Shown here: in pieces, positions 48,429 through 58,373 of the stretch | Position numbering within the stretch: position 1 is the first letter of the stretch | Layout of the letters: each line of letters begins with the position of its first letter | DNA from: Patescibacteria group bacterium | Lineage (GTDB): Bacteria; Patescibacteriota; Patescibacteriia; Veblenbacterales; UBA10138 | Assembly (NCBI GenBank): GCA_041648575.1 | Contig: JBAZOT010000006.1 | Coordinates: forward strand, 11,893-75,892 | Length of the DNA stretch: 64,000 bases | Direction of reading: 5' to 3' | The notes under the pieces: generated by a model | Seen by the model: the letters and a program-made list of their open reading frames with translations, nothing else | What the model was told of the DNA's origin: nothing | Database searches by the model: none | Program-made: the position numbers and the translations under genes

Positions 48429-49853
48429 CTATTTTACCTCCTGCCATGACAACAGTTCATATTGGTCGCTGGTTAAAGGAAAGCTGGGCGGCGGTCCATA
48501 CAACAAGTTGGTGTCATAATTAATGTTACGTGTCTGATAACCAGTGCCGTCAGTATAAGCAAAACCATAACGCTGGTTGGTGGCAATCATCCCGTTCAAA
48601 GTAATGACTTGCCTGACATAATAAGACCCGCAATTTGATGCGTAGTAGTAACGGCCCACCCGGCCGTTCTTAGCCACTAAAGCACCATCAATCTGTAAAT
48701 TATCTTCGCTACGCAAACCCACATTAATATTCTTTTGAGCTAACAACGCTAGGGTTTCTTGGCCATCATAAGTAGTATAAAGTATGTCGTCATTAACTGT
48801 AATACTGGTATTGGTAGTGGGGTTTTCCGGAAAACGAGCAGAAGTAATGGTTAATCTAGCAGTCTGCAAATTGCCAGACACCCAGACATTATCTTCCACG
48901 AAAATTAAACCATTGGCTGGCAAAGGGTTGTTGCTTTGCCAAGTCTCACTTCTAATACTCCAAGTACCCCAGCCGTCTTGGCTGGATGAACAGCCGCCAG
49001 CGGGACTGTATAATTGGGTAACAAGATATAAATCAAAAGTATCGCTAGTTTGTAGAACAATATGGTAACCTAAACTGCCTGAGTTGGTAAGATAAATACC
49101 ACTACTTTGGGCGTCAGTTTTAATCTGAGCTAAATCAGCTGATAGTCCAGGAAAATCTACTGCTGGCATGGGAAATTGACGGCCAGCCGCAAACACATCA
49201 GGGCGACTGGGTACAGCCGCTGGCGGCAAAGGGTCAACCAGGGAAACGTGCGTATGCACACCAAATTCGTTAGCGCCCGTATGGTCAGGGTCATTATAAT
49301 TTTCTTTAGCGCTGGTAATTAAATTATGGATTAAACCGTCAAAACGAATGCCACCATTAGAATGTACTGGCCCAAAGACTTCCGTACCCGAACCAAAACG
49401 CATATCAGCATTAGCGACCACCGCATATTTAGCCAATGAGGGAACTGCCATCTTTACCCTAATAACTCGTTTATGTTCTAAATAGGCAATAGTGGAGCCG
49501 GTGGAGGTAATGGTTACTAAAGTGGTGCCAACTGGCGGCGGAACGATCTCCAAACTGAATTGCCCAATCACATTGCCGTCTTTATCATAAAATGGATGCG
49601 CATAAGGACCTGGCTGGCCAGTACCGTCCTGATAATCTTGGGGGCTATGCGCTAAATGCCAACGATAATAATTAACTCCAGCTTCCGCAATTTGAAAAGC
49701 CAGCTCGCTGGCATGTTTATAACGCACCAATTTTAGATTAGCAATTGACCAATTAGCCAAACCGCTAATTAACAAAGCGCCAATGGCACCAAAAACCAAA
49801 GTTAGTATTAAAATTGCTCCTTGAGGACGATAGTTAATAGCGTTCCGCTTCAT
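48429..49853 (-). CDS. PilX-like type IV pilus assembly protein
   Basis: QGAILILTLVF...AFQIAEAGVNYY; ends SWQEVK. Confidence 0.8.
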   Translation of the reverse strand: MKRNAINYRPQGAILILTLVFGAIGALLISGLANWSIANLKLVRYKHASELAFQIAEAGVNYYRWHLAHSPQDYQDGTGQPGPYAHPFYDKDGNVIGQFSLEIVPPPVGTTLVTITSTGSTIAYLEHKRVIRVKMAVPSLAKYAVVANADMRFGSGTEVFGPVHSNGGIRFDGLIHNLITSAKENYNDPDHTGANEFGVHTHVSLVDPLPPAAVPSRPDVFAAGRQFPMPAVDFPGLSADLAQIKTDAQSSGIYLTNSGSLGYHIVLQTSDTFDLYLVTQLYSPAGGCSSSQDGWGTWSIRSETWQSNNPLPANGLIFVEDNVWVSGNLQTARLTITSARFPENPTTNTSITVNDDILYTTYDGQETLALLAQKNINVGLRSEDNLQIDGALVAKNGRVGRYYYASNCGSYYVRQVITLNGMIATNQRYGFAYTDGTGYQTRNINYDTNLLYGPPPSFPLTSDQYELLSWQEVK

Positions 49854-50473
49854 AAATTATCTTTTAAATTTCGCAAATTAGCCTTAGTTGTTAAAATGAA
49901 GGCCGCTGGAGGTAAATTAAGATAACGATCCACTTCTAACTTAATTTGCACCAATCTGACGGCACTTATGTTCACGGGAAAAGTTAAAGGGTTACCGGTG
50001 CCTTGGTAGTTCTGATCAAAATAACTAAAAATGTCAGCGTTACGAACATAAGCCACAGCATCGCTGATCTGCTCATTAACCGGATTATAAGTTAAAGGAT
50101 TGCCGCTGGGTTTAAGCACTGCCCGCTTTAAAGTGGTACCAGCTAAAAAATACCTTAAACGTTCTACTAAGCTATCACTGTCAATATTACTATAAAAAGT
50201 AAGGGAGGTAGCTTGGGCTTCAGCTAAAGAATAAGCGCCAACACTGGAAATAGCAGCAGTGCGTAATTCATTAACCAATCCCGATACCGTTCGTTTGGTA
50301 TCTTGCGCCTGAATTAAAGAGGTTGACATCTCTCGATTGCTCTTGAAAACATCGGTGGTAAAATTGCCCACGGCTATTATTAACAAAGAAAAAATGGATA
50401 TGGTAATAACTAGTTCCAAAAGATTGAAACCTAGGGCAGAAAAAATAGAATTTTTATTGGTAAAACTAACCAT
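49850..50473 (-). CDS. minor pilin (PilW/GspJ-like) with prepilin cleavage motif
   Basis: GFNLLELVITI. Confidence 0.8.
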   Translation of the reverse strand: MVSFTNKNSIFSALGFNLLELVITISIFSLLIIAVGNFTTDVFKSNREMSTSLIQAQDTKRTVSGLVNELRTAAISSVGAYSLAEAQATSLTFYSNIDSDSLVERLRYFLAGTTLKRAVLKPSGNPLTYNPVNEQISDAVAYVRNADIFSYFDQNYQGTGNPLTFPVNISAVRLVQIKLEVDRYLNLPPAAFILTTKANLRNLKDNL

Positions 50474-50476
50474 AGT

Positions 50477-52285
50477 TTATTCGGGTAACAACCGAACTTC
50501 CCAAGATACCCAATTAGGTGTTAAATCAACCTGAGCAGTAGCTATTTCATAACCAGCTAAAGAAATTTCCAGGTCGTAAACCGCACTAGACAAACCTGTA
50601 AAATAAGCTTGTCCGGGCGGAACACAGCCAGAAACAAAAGTAACAGCTAATTCAGATAAATTAGGCGTATAGCCATCATCATCAGTAGTAAGTGATACTT
50701 TATAACGCAAATAACGGTCGTTACTATGTACTGAACTGACTGGTTGACCGCTGGTAGTATAATAAGTACCTGCCGTGCCATCAGGACCAACAAAATTCCA
50801 AATGATATTATCATTATTAGTCGCTAATTGAAATTTTATCGGCGTGGCCCCAGTTTCTGATGGCTGGTCGCCCGGTTGCCACTCAATAGTAGTAAAATTA
50901 CTAACAGCTCCTGTATCAAAAGTTGAGGAGATTAATTCGCCGTTAATCTCGTAAGTATTGCCGTGCTTTGCTAATTTTAATTCACCCACCGGGTTACTGG
51001 TTTCTATATTACCATCATCACTAAAATATTTGCTATCATCAATAAAATCTTCCTGACCACTACCGCCTTGCCAAGTGGTCTGCCGCAAATAACCACGTCC
51101 GGTAAGTTTAATCTCATCAAAGCCGGGTTTGGTCACATGTACACTGGCGCCGCTTAAGGGTAATTGGGTAGCGGTGTCGCGTACTATAACATGCAAGCTG
51201 TGGGGATTGGCATTCTGTACCACCAGTGTTAAATCCTGACTAGAATCAGGTGCTAAATTAAGCGGCAGTAAAGGAATGGTGCCCAGTAAGTCATAGGTAT
51301 CACCCAAAAGGGAGGCATAATAAGAATCCCAATCCAAATTACTAACCGTAAGATTGCCAACAGCATTGGTAATTAAATCTTGGTCATACTTTAAAACATC
51401 AGGCTCGGTACCAATCAGCTTGCTGCCTTTAAGATTAAAATCAACATAACCAACACCCACACAGGTTAAACTAAGAGAAGTTACTTCCAACTGACTAAGC
51501 CGGTCAATGGTCAAGGTTACTTGAGTTACTTGCCCACTTACTACAGTGGCATCGGGTTGGTTGGGGTTGGGGTTACTAGGATCTTGAGGTGGATAAGTTT
51601 GGTCTTGGGTATAACCAGTTTTAATAGCCACTATATGATAGCTTTCAACGGCTGGCGGCACATCTACCAATTGCAGCATACCGTCATTGTTAGAGGTGTC
51701 ATCAATTGTCAATGCTGGTATTAAAATATTATTTTCCACATGAATATTAGCTCCCGGCACTGGCTGGCCATTAGCATTAACCACCTGAATAAATAAAGCG
51801 CCATTATTACCAGTAGTTTCCAAAAACTTAGGTGTTACTTGAGTAGAGAGTTGCTGTGTGACAAGATAAGAATAAGTGGGACAGCTTACCTCCACAACCA
51901 CCAACTTATAATCAGCCGGTGCAGTATCATTAGGCGTGCCGCCAATAACCCCATCAAAAGGGTCGTCAATATTACGTATCACATAGCGCACTTGCCAATC
52001 TATATCACCACGACTGATAGTTTGCAACGCCGGCAAAACCCCAACTGGTAAACCTCCCTGAATACCAACTTGGTCATAAGGCAAGTTGCGAGCTATTTCC
52101 AGATACTCACTGCTAATGGCTGTAGCTTGCGCGCGCATGCGGGAATTTAGACTAATTTTAAATAATTGAAGGAAAGCGCTATAAATAGCAATAGCGATAA
52201 CGGCAAAAATCACTATACCTACCAACACTTCCATTAAAGTAAAGCCTCTTATTAACATTTTTCTTTGTAGAAATTTACCTGGCAT
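50477..52285 (-). CDS. large minor pilin (PilV-like) with carboxypeptidase-regulatory-like beta domains
   Basis: RGFTLMEVLVGI; E.ARNLPYDQVG; NGQPVPGANI repeats. Confidence 0.8.
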   Translation of the reverse strand: MPGKFLQRKMLIRGFTLMEVLVGIVIFAVIAIAIYSAFLQLFKISLNSRMRAQATAISSEYLEIARNLPYDQVGIQGGLPVGVLPALQTISRGDIDWQVRYVIRNIDDPFDGVIGGTPNDTAPADYKLVVVEVSCPTYSYLVTQQLSTQVTPKFLETTGNNGALFIQVVNANGQPVPGANIHVENNILIPALTIDDTSNNDGMLQLVDVPPAVESYHIVAIKTGYTQDQTYPPQDPSNPNPNQPDATVVSGQVTQVTLTIDRLSQLEVTSLSLTCVGVGYVDFNLKGSKLIGTEPDVLKYDQDLITNAVGNLTVSNLDWDSYYASLLGDTYDLLGTIPLLPLNLAPDSSQDLTLVVQNANPHSLHVIVRDTATQLPLSGASVHVTKPGFDEIKLTGRGYLRQTTWQGGSGQEDFIDDSKYFSDDGNIETSNPVGELKLAKHGNTYEINGELISSTFDTGAVSNFTTIEWQPGDQPSETGATPIKFQLATNNDNIIWNFVGPDGTAGTYYTTSGQPVSSVHSNDRYLRYKVSLTTDDDGYTPNLSELAVTFVSGCVPPGQAYFTGLSSAVYDLEISLAGYEIATAQVDLTPNWVSWEVRLLPE

Positions 52286-52368
52286 AGCCTCTATCTCTAA
52301 TAATTAGTATAACATAATAAAGGGCTGCTCTTAATAGAGCAGTTCTATAACTAAACTGATAATAATTC

Positions 52369-53142
52369 TTAATCTATTTCGTACCGCAAATTAACAGTGA
52401 CTACAATCTCCTGCGATCCAGCTTCAATTGCTGGAGCAACAACGTCATCACCCATACCTTTAGCCTCTAATCCCCCACCCATACCATAACTATAATAAGG
52501 CGTAGGCACACCACCCTCTTCAATAGACAAAAGATCACCAAGTTTAAACCCACCGGCTTTAGCCACTTCTCGGGCTTTGGCTTTGGCTTTTTGAATTGCT
52601 TCGGCTCGTGCTTGATTTTCTAAAGCTGTAGGATCGTCCACTGTAAAACGCAAATCAGATACTTGATTAGCTCCATTTTGCACTACTCCCGACATTAAAT
52701 CACCAACTTTGGCAAAATCGCGAACTTTTACCAAAACCGTTTGAGAAACAGTGTAACCAGTAATCTCGGGTGGCGGACAAACGCCATCTTGGCGACAGTT
52801 AAAATAGCGGTAACGGGGTTGGAGATTATACTGCTGGGTTTTAATATCTTTAGCTTCGATGCTATTGGATTTTACATACTCAATCGCTTTATTCATTTTA
52901 TCAGTGTTCTGCTGCTGCAAATTACCAATCTGCGGCCCGCCATCGGTAATCACGCTAAAACTGAATTCGGCAATATCTGGTACCGCCATCACTTTGCCTT
53001 CGGCAGTAACACCAAAACTGCGGAAAGATGACGGCTCGGTGGTTTCAGCATAAGACGATACATAAACCACAGTCGAATAAGCCAAGATCAACAGCACCAA
53101 AATAATCACCCAACCTAAGTACGTTTTAAGTTTATCATTCAT
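52369..53142 (-). CDS. SIMPL (DUF541) domain protein
   Basis: VTAEGKVMAVPDIA, DIKTQQYNLQPRY, GANQVSDLRF, AR.EAI.KAK.KA; start set at ATG 53142. Confidence 0.88.
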   Translation of the reverse strand: MNDKLKTYLGWVIILVLLILAYSTVVYVSSYAETTEPSSFRSFGVTAEGKVMAVPDIAEFSFSVITDGGPQIGNLQQQNTDKMNKAIEYVKSNSIEAKDIKTQQYNLQPRYRYFNCRQDGVCPPPEITGYTVSQTVLVKVRDFAKVGDLMSGVVQNGANQVSDLRFTVDDPTALENQARAEAIQKAKAKAREVAKAGGFKLGDLLSIEEGGVPTPYYSYGMGGGLEAKGMGDDVVAPAIEAGSQEIVVTVNLRYEID

Positions 53143-53400
53143 AAATTTATGACAGTTAATAATTAGCCTAATAATTATATCATAAAAAAATATATTAGTT
53201 GAATCTACATTAGCCTTGACAAAATCCAATCAAACTATTAAGCTGTAATGTTCTTTAACATTCCAATACCTTCCAATAGTTGCTGATTTACCAAGTCGTT
53301 AACTATTGGAAGGGGGTACTCAAAAAATAAGTACCTAAGCCCCAGGGAGTTAGTCGCCCTGGTGCCGACTCTTCCCGTTTATTATTAATGCTAAAAACTT

Positions 53401-53562
53401 ATGTTTAAAGCATTTTCGGGAGCCTTGGCACTAGCTCTAACTTTATTGGTGCTTAATTGGTTCCTTCCTGAATTGGTGAAAGCAGTGGTCGAGGTAGTGC
53501 TTAAAATCCTCCACCTGGTAAGCAACATTATCGACTCGCTGCCTGATACACCAGTTCAATAA
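53401..53562 (+). CDS. 53-aa small membrane protein (below ORF-track cutoff)
   Basis: MFKAFSGALALALTLLVLNWFLPELVKAVVEVVLKILHLVSNIIDSLPDTPVQ*, followed by terminator gaagcctacaaga...tcttgtgggcttc-ttt. Confidence 0.55.
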   Translation: MFKAFSGALALALTLLVLNWFLPELVKAVVEVVLKILHLVSNIIDSLPDTPVQ

Positions 53563-53685
53563 CGAAATTGAAGCCTACAAGACAAATCTTGTGGGCTTCT
53601 TTCTATTATTAATAATAAGAAATCATGCTTGACTTAAATAATTTTATCTACTAAATTTAAATCACTTATTATTAATTATAACTTT

Positions 53686-53892
53686 ATGGCTAAAGAACTA
53701 GAGTTTGATCCAACAATGGGATCGTTTGAAGACCATCTTAAAGTGTTGGAACAAAGAATTAGTAGTGTTGAAGCTGAACTTGAAGCGGCAAAAACAAATA
53801 ATAATGCGGAATTAATAACAGAAGCTGAAGAAAGATTAGTAAAATTAAACGAGGAAAAGGAAAATTTTATAAAACAAAATCAGGCTGCATAA
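53686..53892 (+). CDS. small acidic coiled-coil protein
   Basis: 68 aa ORF with typical AT-rich leader. Confidence 0.55.
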   Translation: MAKELEFDPTMGSFEDHLKVLEQRISSVEAELEAAKTNNNAELITEAEERLVKLNEEKENFIKQNQAA

Positions 53893-53985
53893 TAAGGCCA
53901 AACAGCTTAATTAGCTTTTTTTATTAGCGCACTATAACACACGCCTAACTTTTTGATAAAAAAATTGCTCTCTACCTATCTCCCG

Positions 53986-54160
53986 AGCTCTGGGGGTGGA
54001 CTCGAACCCTGAACCAGATGTCGCTTCGCTCTATCGGTACAGGGCAAAGCCAGCAACATTCCTGCCTATGCCAAGCAGATGTATTAATACCGTACAAATC
54101 CTCTCGGGGGAGGATTCGAACCTCCAACATCCCTGCCTGCGGCAGACAGGTGCATTAACC
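53986..54160 (-). pseudogene. two degenerate tRNA-Asn-like 3' halves carrying palindromic inserts
   Basis: gctctgggggtggactcgaa[insert]ccagcaac.. and tctcggggggaggattcgaacctccaacat[insert]..ttaac resemble 54177-54216. Confidence 0.6.
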
Positions 54161-54176
54161 CATCTACCTCGACAAG

Positions 54177-54249
54177 CTCTGGGGGCTGGGATCGAACCAG
54201 CGACCTCTCCGTTAACAGCGGAGCGTTCTACCAATTGAACTACCCCAGA
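54177..54249 (-). tRNA. tRNA-Asn(GTT)
   Basis: TCTGGGGTAGTTCAATTGGTAGAACG-CTCCG-CT-GTT-AA-CGGAG...GGTTCGATCC...CCCCAGAG. Confidence 0.9.
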
Positions 54250-54498
54250 GCTCGAGAGATAGATTTGTATTTTTCTCACGATCGTTATAAAAATACAAAT
54301 GGATTATTAATCAAAAAAACCGGTCGCTTTATGGGACCGGTTTTTAAATATGTAAAAATACCAGTCCCTAGTGCCGGTTATTATTGTTCTGTAGAGAAAC
54401 TTTTATCATACAATTTAATTGTAGCGCTGATTTAGATTTTTGTCAAATAAAAAACCTGACGAGTTTTTGCCAGGCTTATTTACAAACTTCATTTTTTA

Positions 54499-54906
54499 TC
54501 AATCAATAATAAGTGCTTCTGTAACAATATATTCTAAGTCACTAAACTCCCAACCACCGCGATCATTGTTGCGTTTTATTTTTTTTAATGATAAACGCTG
54601 TATTATATCCTGTTTACAGTAATCGCCCATTCCCGGCGGACAGATAACAATAATTGGAAATTGAGTATCAACTTTTCTGACTGCTTCTAAAAATTTTAAA
54701 TCGTCTGAACCTAATGGAAACAATCTATTGGCCTCGTATATAAAAAATTTATAGCCCTTACCTAATATTGGATATATCGCATATGGCTCATCCCCTTTCC
54801 TTTCTTCCGCTGGTTCACAACCTAAATTATACAAACATTTTTTCAATTCATGCAAAAAATGTGGTTCACTGTCAAACCCAAAAATGGCGACCTTGTATTG
54901 ATTCAT
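54499..54906 (-). CDS. hypothetical protein, possibly a degenerate receiver-like fold
   Basis: 135 aa; FLEAVRKVDTQFPIIVI resembles the receiver a3-b4 region. Confidence 0.5.
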   Translation of the reverse strand: MNQYKVAIFGFDSEPHFLHELKKCLYNLGCEPAEERKGDEPYAIYPILGKGYKFFIYEANRLFPLGSDDLKFLEAVRKVDTQFPIIVICPPGMGDYCKQDIIQRLSLKKIKRNNDRGGWEFSDLEYIVTEALIID

Positions 54907-55004
54907 GATTCCCTCACTGATTTATTGGTTGATAAATAATTTAAAGAACAAAATTATGGGTATACCTTATACCATATATAAATTAGTGTCAACAGATTCC
55001 AAAA

Positions 55005-55541
55005 TTAAATAGTAGGATTCTGGTTTTGAATTTTATACGTGAAATTCTTGCCTAATATTCGCTTGATCCACCAACCAACAATCAAAGCTACTAAAAAAAT
55101 TGCTGCACCAATAAAGCACGGGGTAATAAAAGGATTAGTTACTAATTGACCAGAACAACCAATAGTCGGTTCTCCATGGCTCAACCAAAATTTATACAAG
55201 GTATAACTAAAATTCCCCCAAGCAAATAAAGTGCTGGCTATTAACAGCCAGACCAAACGCTTCTGCTGTATTTTTTTCTTATCATCTAAAAATTTAATAA
55301 TATATAGCGACCAAATAAAACCAATCAAAAACGCGAACGCACCATAAAAACACGGCGTGGTAACTGGATTAGGGATGATACAATCCTGAACTTTAAACAA
55401 TGTCCCCTCTACTGCATAAAAACGAGCAAAATCAACATATACCGTATACCAGGCAAATATTGTTCCAATTAATAAAACAACTGACTGAAGCTGAAATAAT
55501 TTTTTCATATGTGATTCACTATAAATCGAAAAAAGGTTCAA
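55005..55541 (-). CDS. membrane protein with duplicated C...NP..TPCF.GA motif (probable start ATG 55508)
   Basis: CIIPNPVTTPCFYGA and CSGQLVTNPFITPCFIGA; 4 TM. Confidence 0.65.
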   Translation of the reverse strand: MNLFSIYSESHMKKLFQLQSVVLLIGTIFAWYTVYVDFARFYAVEGTLFKVQDCIIPNPVTTPCFYGAFAFLIGFIWSLYIIKFLDDKKKIQQKRLVWLLIASTLFAWGNFSYTLYKFWLSHGEPTIGCSGQLVTNPFITPCFIGAAIFLVALIVGWWIKRILGKNFTYKIQNQNPTI

Positions 55542-55548
55542 GTCAATG

Positions 55549-58248
55549 CTACTCTGTTTTTAAACTGGACCGCATGAAAAAATGTTTAACCGCTTCTACT
55601 AATATCACTAATAACCCAGCCACAGAAATAATCAATAGCCAATCAAAAAATTTCAGCGCTGTGGTATGTAATACTTGCTGAAAAAATGGCGTATAAATCG
55701 CCACCAACTGCAATAAAAATGCCGCTACTATAGCCATTACTAAATAACGATTGTTCCAACTGCGTTTATGCCAAAAATGATATTTTAATTGCTTACAACT
55801 GATAGCATAAAGCAGCGAGCTTACCACCATCATAGTAAATATAATAGTACGAGCGTGCTCGGGACTATCAGTTATGCGTAACATATATAAAAATAAAAAT
55901 AGTGCTCCTAAACCCCGAATTACACTCATAAAGCCAATTAAAAATTTGCGTTGAAAATTTAATATTGGCTCCGTAAGTTTGATTGGTTTTTCTGTCATAA
56001 TTTCAGAACCAGTAGGATCTATGGTAAAAGTTAAAGCAGGAAAACTATCAGTTACTAAATTAATCCATAAAATCTGTGTGGCTAATATGGGCAAAGGAAT
56101 CTCGCGAACTAATAAGGCACCGATAATAAAAGAACCAAATACTAGCACCATTTCCGAAAAACCATCAGACATTAAATATAAAACTAATTTTCTAATATTA
56201 TGAAAAATTACCCGGCCCTCTTCCACGGCTGATACAATAGTTTTAAAATTATTATCCAATAAAACAATATCAGCCGTTTCTTTAGCCACATCCGAGCCCG
56301 AGCCCAATGCCACTCCAATATCAGAACTTTTTAAGGCTGGCGCGTCGTTAACGCCGTCGCCAGTCATAGCTACCACTTCACCGTGCGACTGCCAAGCATC
56401 AACAATTCGTGGTTTGTCATGTGGAGTAGTGCGCGCAAAAACAGTAATTCCGTAAATTCGCTGCCGTAAGGCTGCATCATCCAAACTGGCCAGTTCCTGA
56501 CCATCCAAAATATTTTCTGGCTCAGCCGGCATACCCAATTCCCTAGCAATAGCCTGAGCTGTGCGTTTATGATCCCCAGTTATCATTACCACCTTAATTC
56601 CCGCTGCCCTAGCCTGCTCCAGTGTTTGTTTTACCCCCTCGCGCAATGGGTCTTTAATACCAACAAATCCCAAAAAAGAAAATTGTGATTGCCAATCTGA
56701 AATTTTTGAAATTTGAGTAAATTTTTTATTTATTTTTCGCGAAGCTAAAGCTAACAACCGTAAACCTTGACTGCTGGATTGCTCAATTTTTTTTGCTATT
56801 TTTTTTCTAGTGAGTGCAGATAAATGATGTTGTTTACCATGAGTATGATAAAAATTACAAAACTCCAACACAATTTCTGGCGCGCCTTTTAAATATAACT
56901 CGTGTTCGCTTTTGGGAATCTGGTGCAGCGTCATCATATACTTAGTTGAAGAGGAAAAAGGAATTTCGTCTAATCGCTTATATTGATGTCGCAATTCCAC
57001 AATTGGTATGCCAGCTTGCACCCCAGCTAATACCAAAGCGCGCTCAGTTGGATTGCCAATTACCCGCCAATTGGTTAATTCGTCATGGGGATTTTCTATA
57101 TAAGCATCACTAGCTAATACGCCAACTTTGAGTAGGGCTAGAGCCGAGCTGCCATCTTGAATTTTTGCTAATTGAGATTCTGACTCTTGATCTTCGGTAT
57201 ACAGCCAAGCAACCTGCATTTCGCCAGTAGTTAAAGTGCCGGTTTTGTCGGTACAAATAACCGTGGTAGAACCCAAGGTTTCAGCTGCTAATAATTCCCG
57301 CACTAAGGCCTGCTTTTTTAAAATGCGCCGCATGCCTAAAGCCAAAATTACTGTGACTGCTACTACCATGCCCTCGGGCACTGCCGCCACAGCTATAGCA
57401 ATTGCGGTGGTAAACATTTGTACCGGGGCAAAGCCCAATAAAATTCCAAACAAGAAAATAATCAAACACGATGACAACACCACCAAACTAATCAACCGCC
57501 CTAAGTGACTTAATTTTTTTTGCAAAGGTGTTGCCTCTCTTTTTGTTTCGGTTAATAACTTAGCAATTTTTCCCATTTCTGTTCCCAACCCAGTAGCCAC
57601 TACCACTGCCCTGGCACCGCCAGCCACTACCGATGTTCCCATATAAACCATATTTAATCTTTCGGCAATTACTGTTCCAGGCAGTAATTCTTTAACTTGT
57701 TTAGTTAAAGGTGCAGATTCACCTGTTAACACTGCCTCGTTGGTTTCCAAATTATAAGCAGTAATTAAATGAGCATCAGCTGGCACGCGGTCGCCATCTT
57801 GCAATTCAATAACATCGCCAACGGCCAACTGGGAAGCTAGAATAGTGCGCTCTTCTCCGCTCCTAATTACCTTGGCTTGATAGCTAACAATTTTTTTTAA
57901 TTCCGACAGCGCCTTTTCCGCTTTACGTTCCTGAAAAAATCCCACCACCACATTAATTACCACAGCAGCCAAAATTACCCCGGCGTCAGTATGCTCGCCT
58001 AATAAAAATGTAATCACTGCGGCTACTACCAAGATATTAATTAGCACTCCGGAAAATTGTCTAATTAATATTTTATATAGCGGCGTCTGAGGAGTTGATG
58101 GTAATTCATTGGGGCCGAATCTGGATAAACGAAGAGTCGCTGCTTCTGGTTTTAAACCTTGAGGGCTAGTTTCTAATAATTTAAAAATCTTAGTCAAGCT
58201 TAAAACGTGCCACAAAGGTTCAGTTAAATTTGGTGCCAGATGAGCCAT
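55549..58248 (-). CDS. P2A-type (Ca2+-like) cation-transporting ATPase
   Basis: LTGES, VPEGM, ICTDKTGTLT, KGAPE, MITGD, TGDGVNDAPALK, QILWINLVTD. Confidence 0.92.
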   Translation of the reverse strand: MAHLAPNLTEPLWHVLSLTKIFKLLETSPQGLKPEAATLRLSRFGPNELPSTPQTPLYKILIRQFSGVLINILVVAAVITFLLGEHTDAGVILAAVVINVVVGFFQERKAEKALSELKKIVSYQAKVIRSGEERTILASQLAVGDVIELQDGDRVPADAHLITAYNLETNEAVLTGESAPLTKQVKELLPGTVIAERLNMVYMGTSVVAGGARAVVVATGLGTEMGKIAKLLTETKREATPLQKKLSHLGRLISLVVLSSCLIIFLFGILLGFAPVQMFTTAIAIAVAAVPEGMVVAVTVILALGMRRILKKQALVRELLAAETLGSTTVICTDKTGTLTTGEMQVAWLYTEDQESESQLAKIQDGSSALALLKVGVLASDAYIENPHDELTNWRVIGNPTERALVLAGVQAGIPIVELRHQYKRLDEIPFSSSTKYMMTLHQIPKSEHELYLKGAPEIVLEFCNFYHTHGKQHHLSALTRKKIAKKIEQSSSQGLRLLALASRKINKKFTQISKISDWQSQFSFLGFVGIKDPLREGVKQTLEQARAAGIKVVMITGDHKRTAQAIARELGMPAEPENILDGQELASLDDAALRQRIYGITVFARTTPHDKPRIVDAWQSHGEVVAMTGDGVNDAPALKSSDIGVALGSGSDVAKETADIVLLDNNFKTIVSAVEEGRVIFHNIRKLVLYLMSDGFSEMVLVFGSFIIGALLVREIPLPILATQILWINLVTDSFPALTFTIDPTGSEIMTEKPIKLTEPILNFQRKFLIGFMSVIRGLGALFLFLYMLRITDSPEHARTIIFTMMVVSSLLYAISCKQLKYHFWHKRSWNNRYLVMAIVAAFLLQLVAIYTPFFQQVLHTTALKFFDWLLIISVAGLLVILVEAVKHFFMRSSLKTE

Positions 58249-58373
58249 ATAATTACTTATAATTATACCAAACAATCATCATCTTAGAAATTGTAATCAA
58301 CTGGAGTTAACTAACTGTTTGTTGCAGAAAGTTGACAAATTATTGTATACTAAAATCAAACAACTTCTTATTT

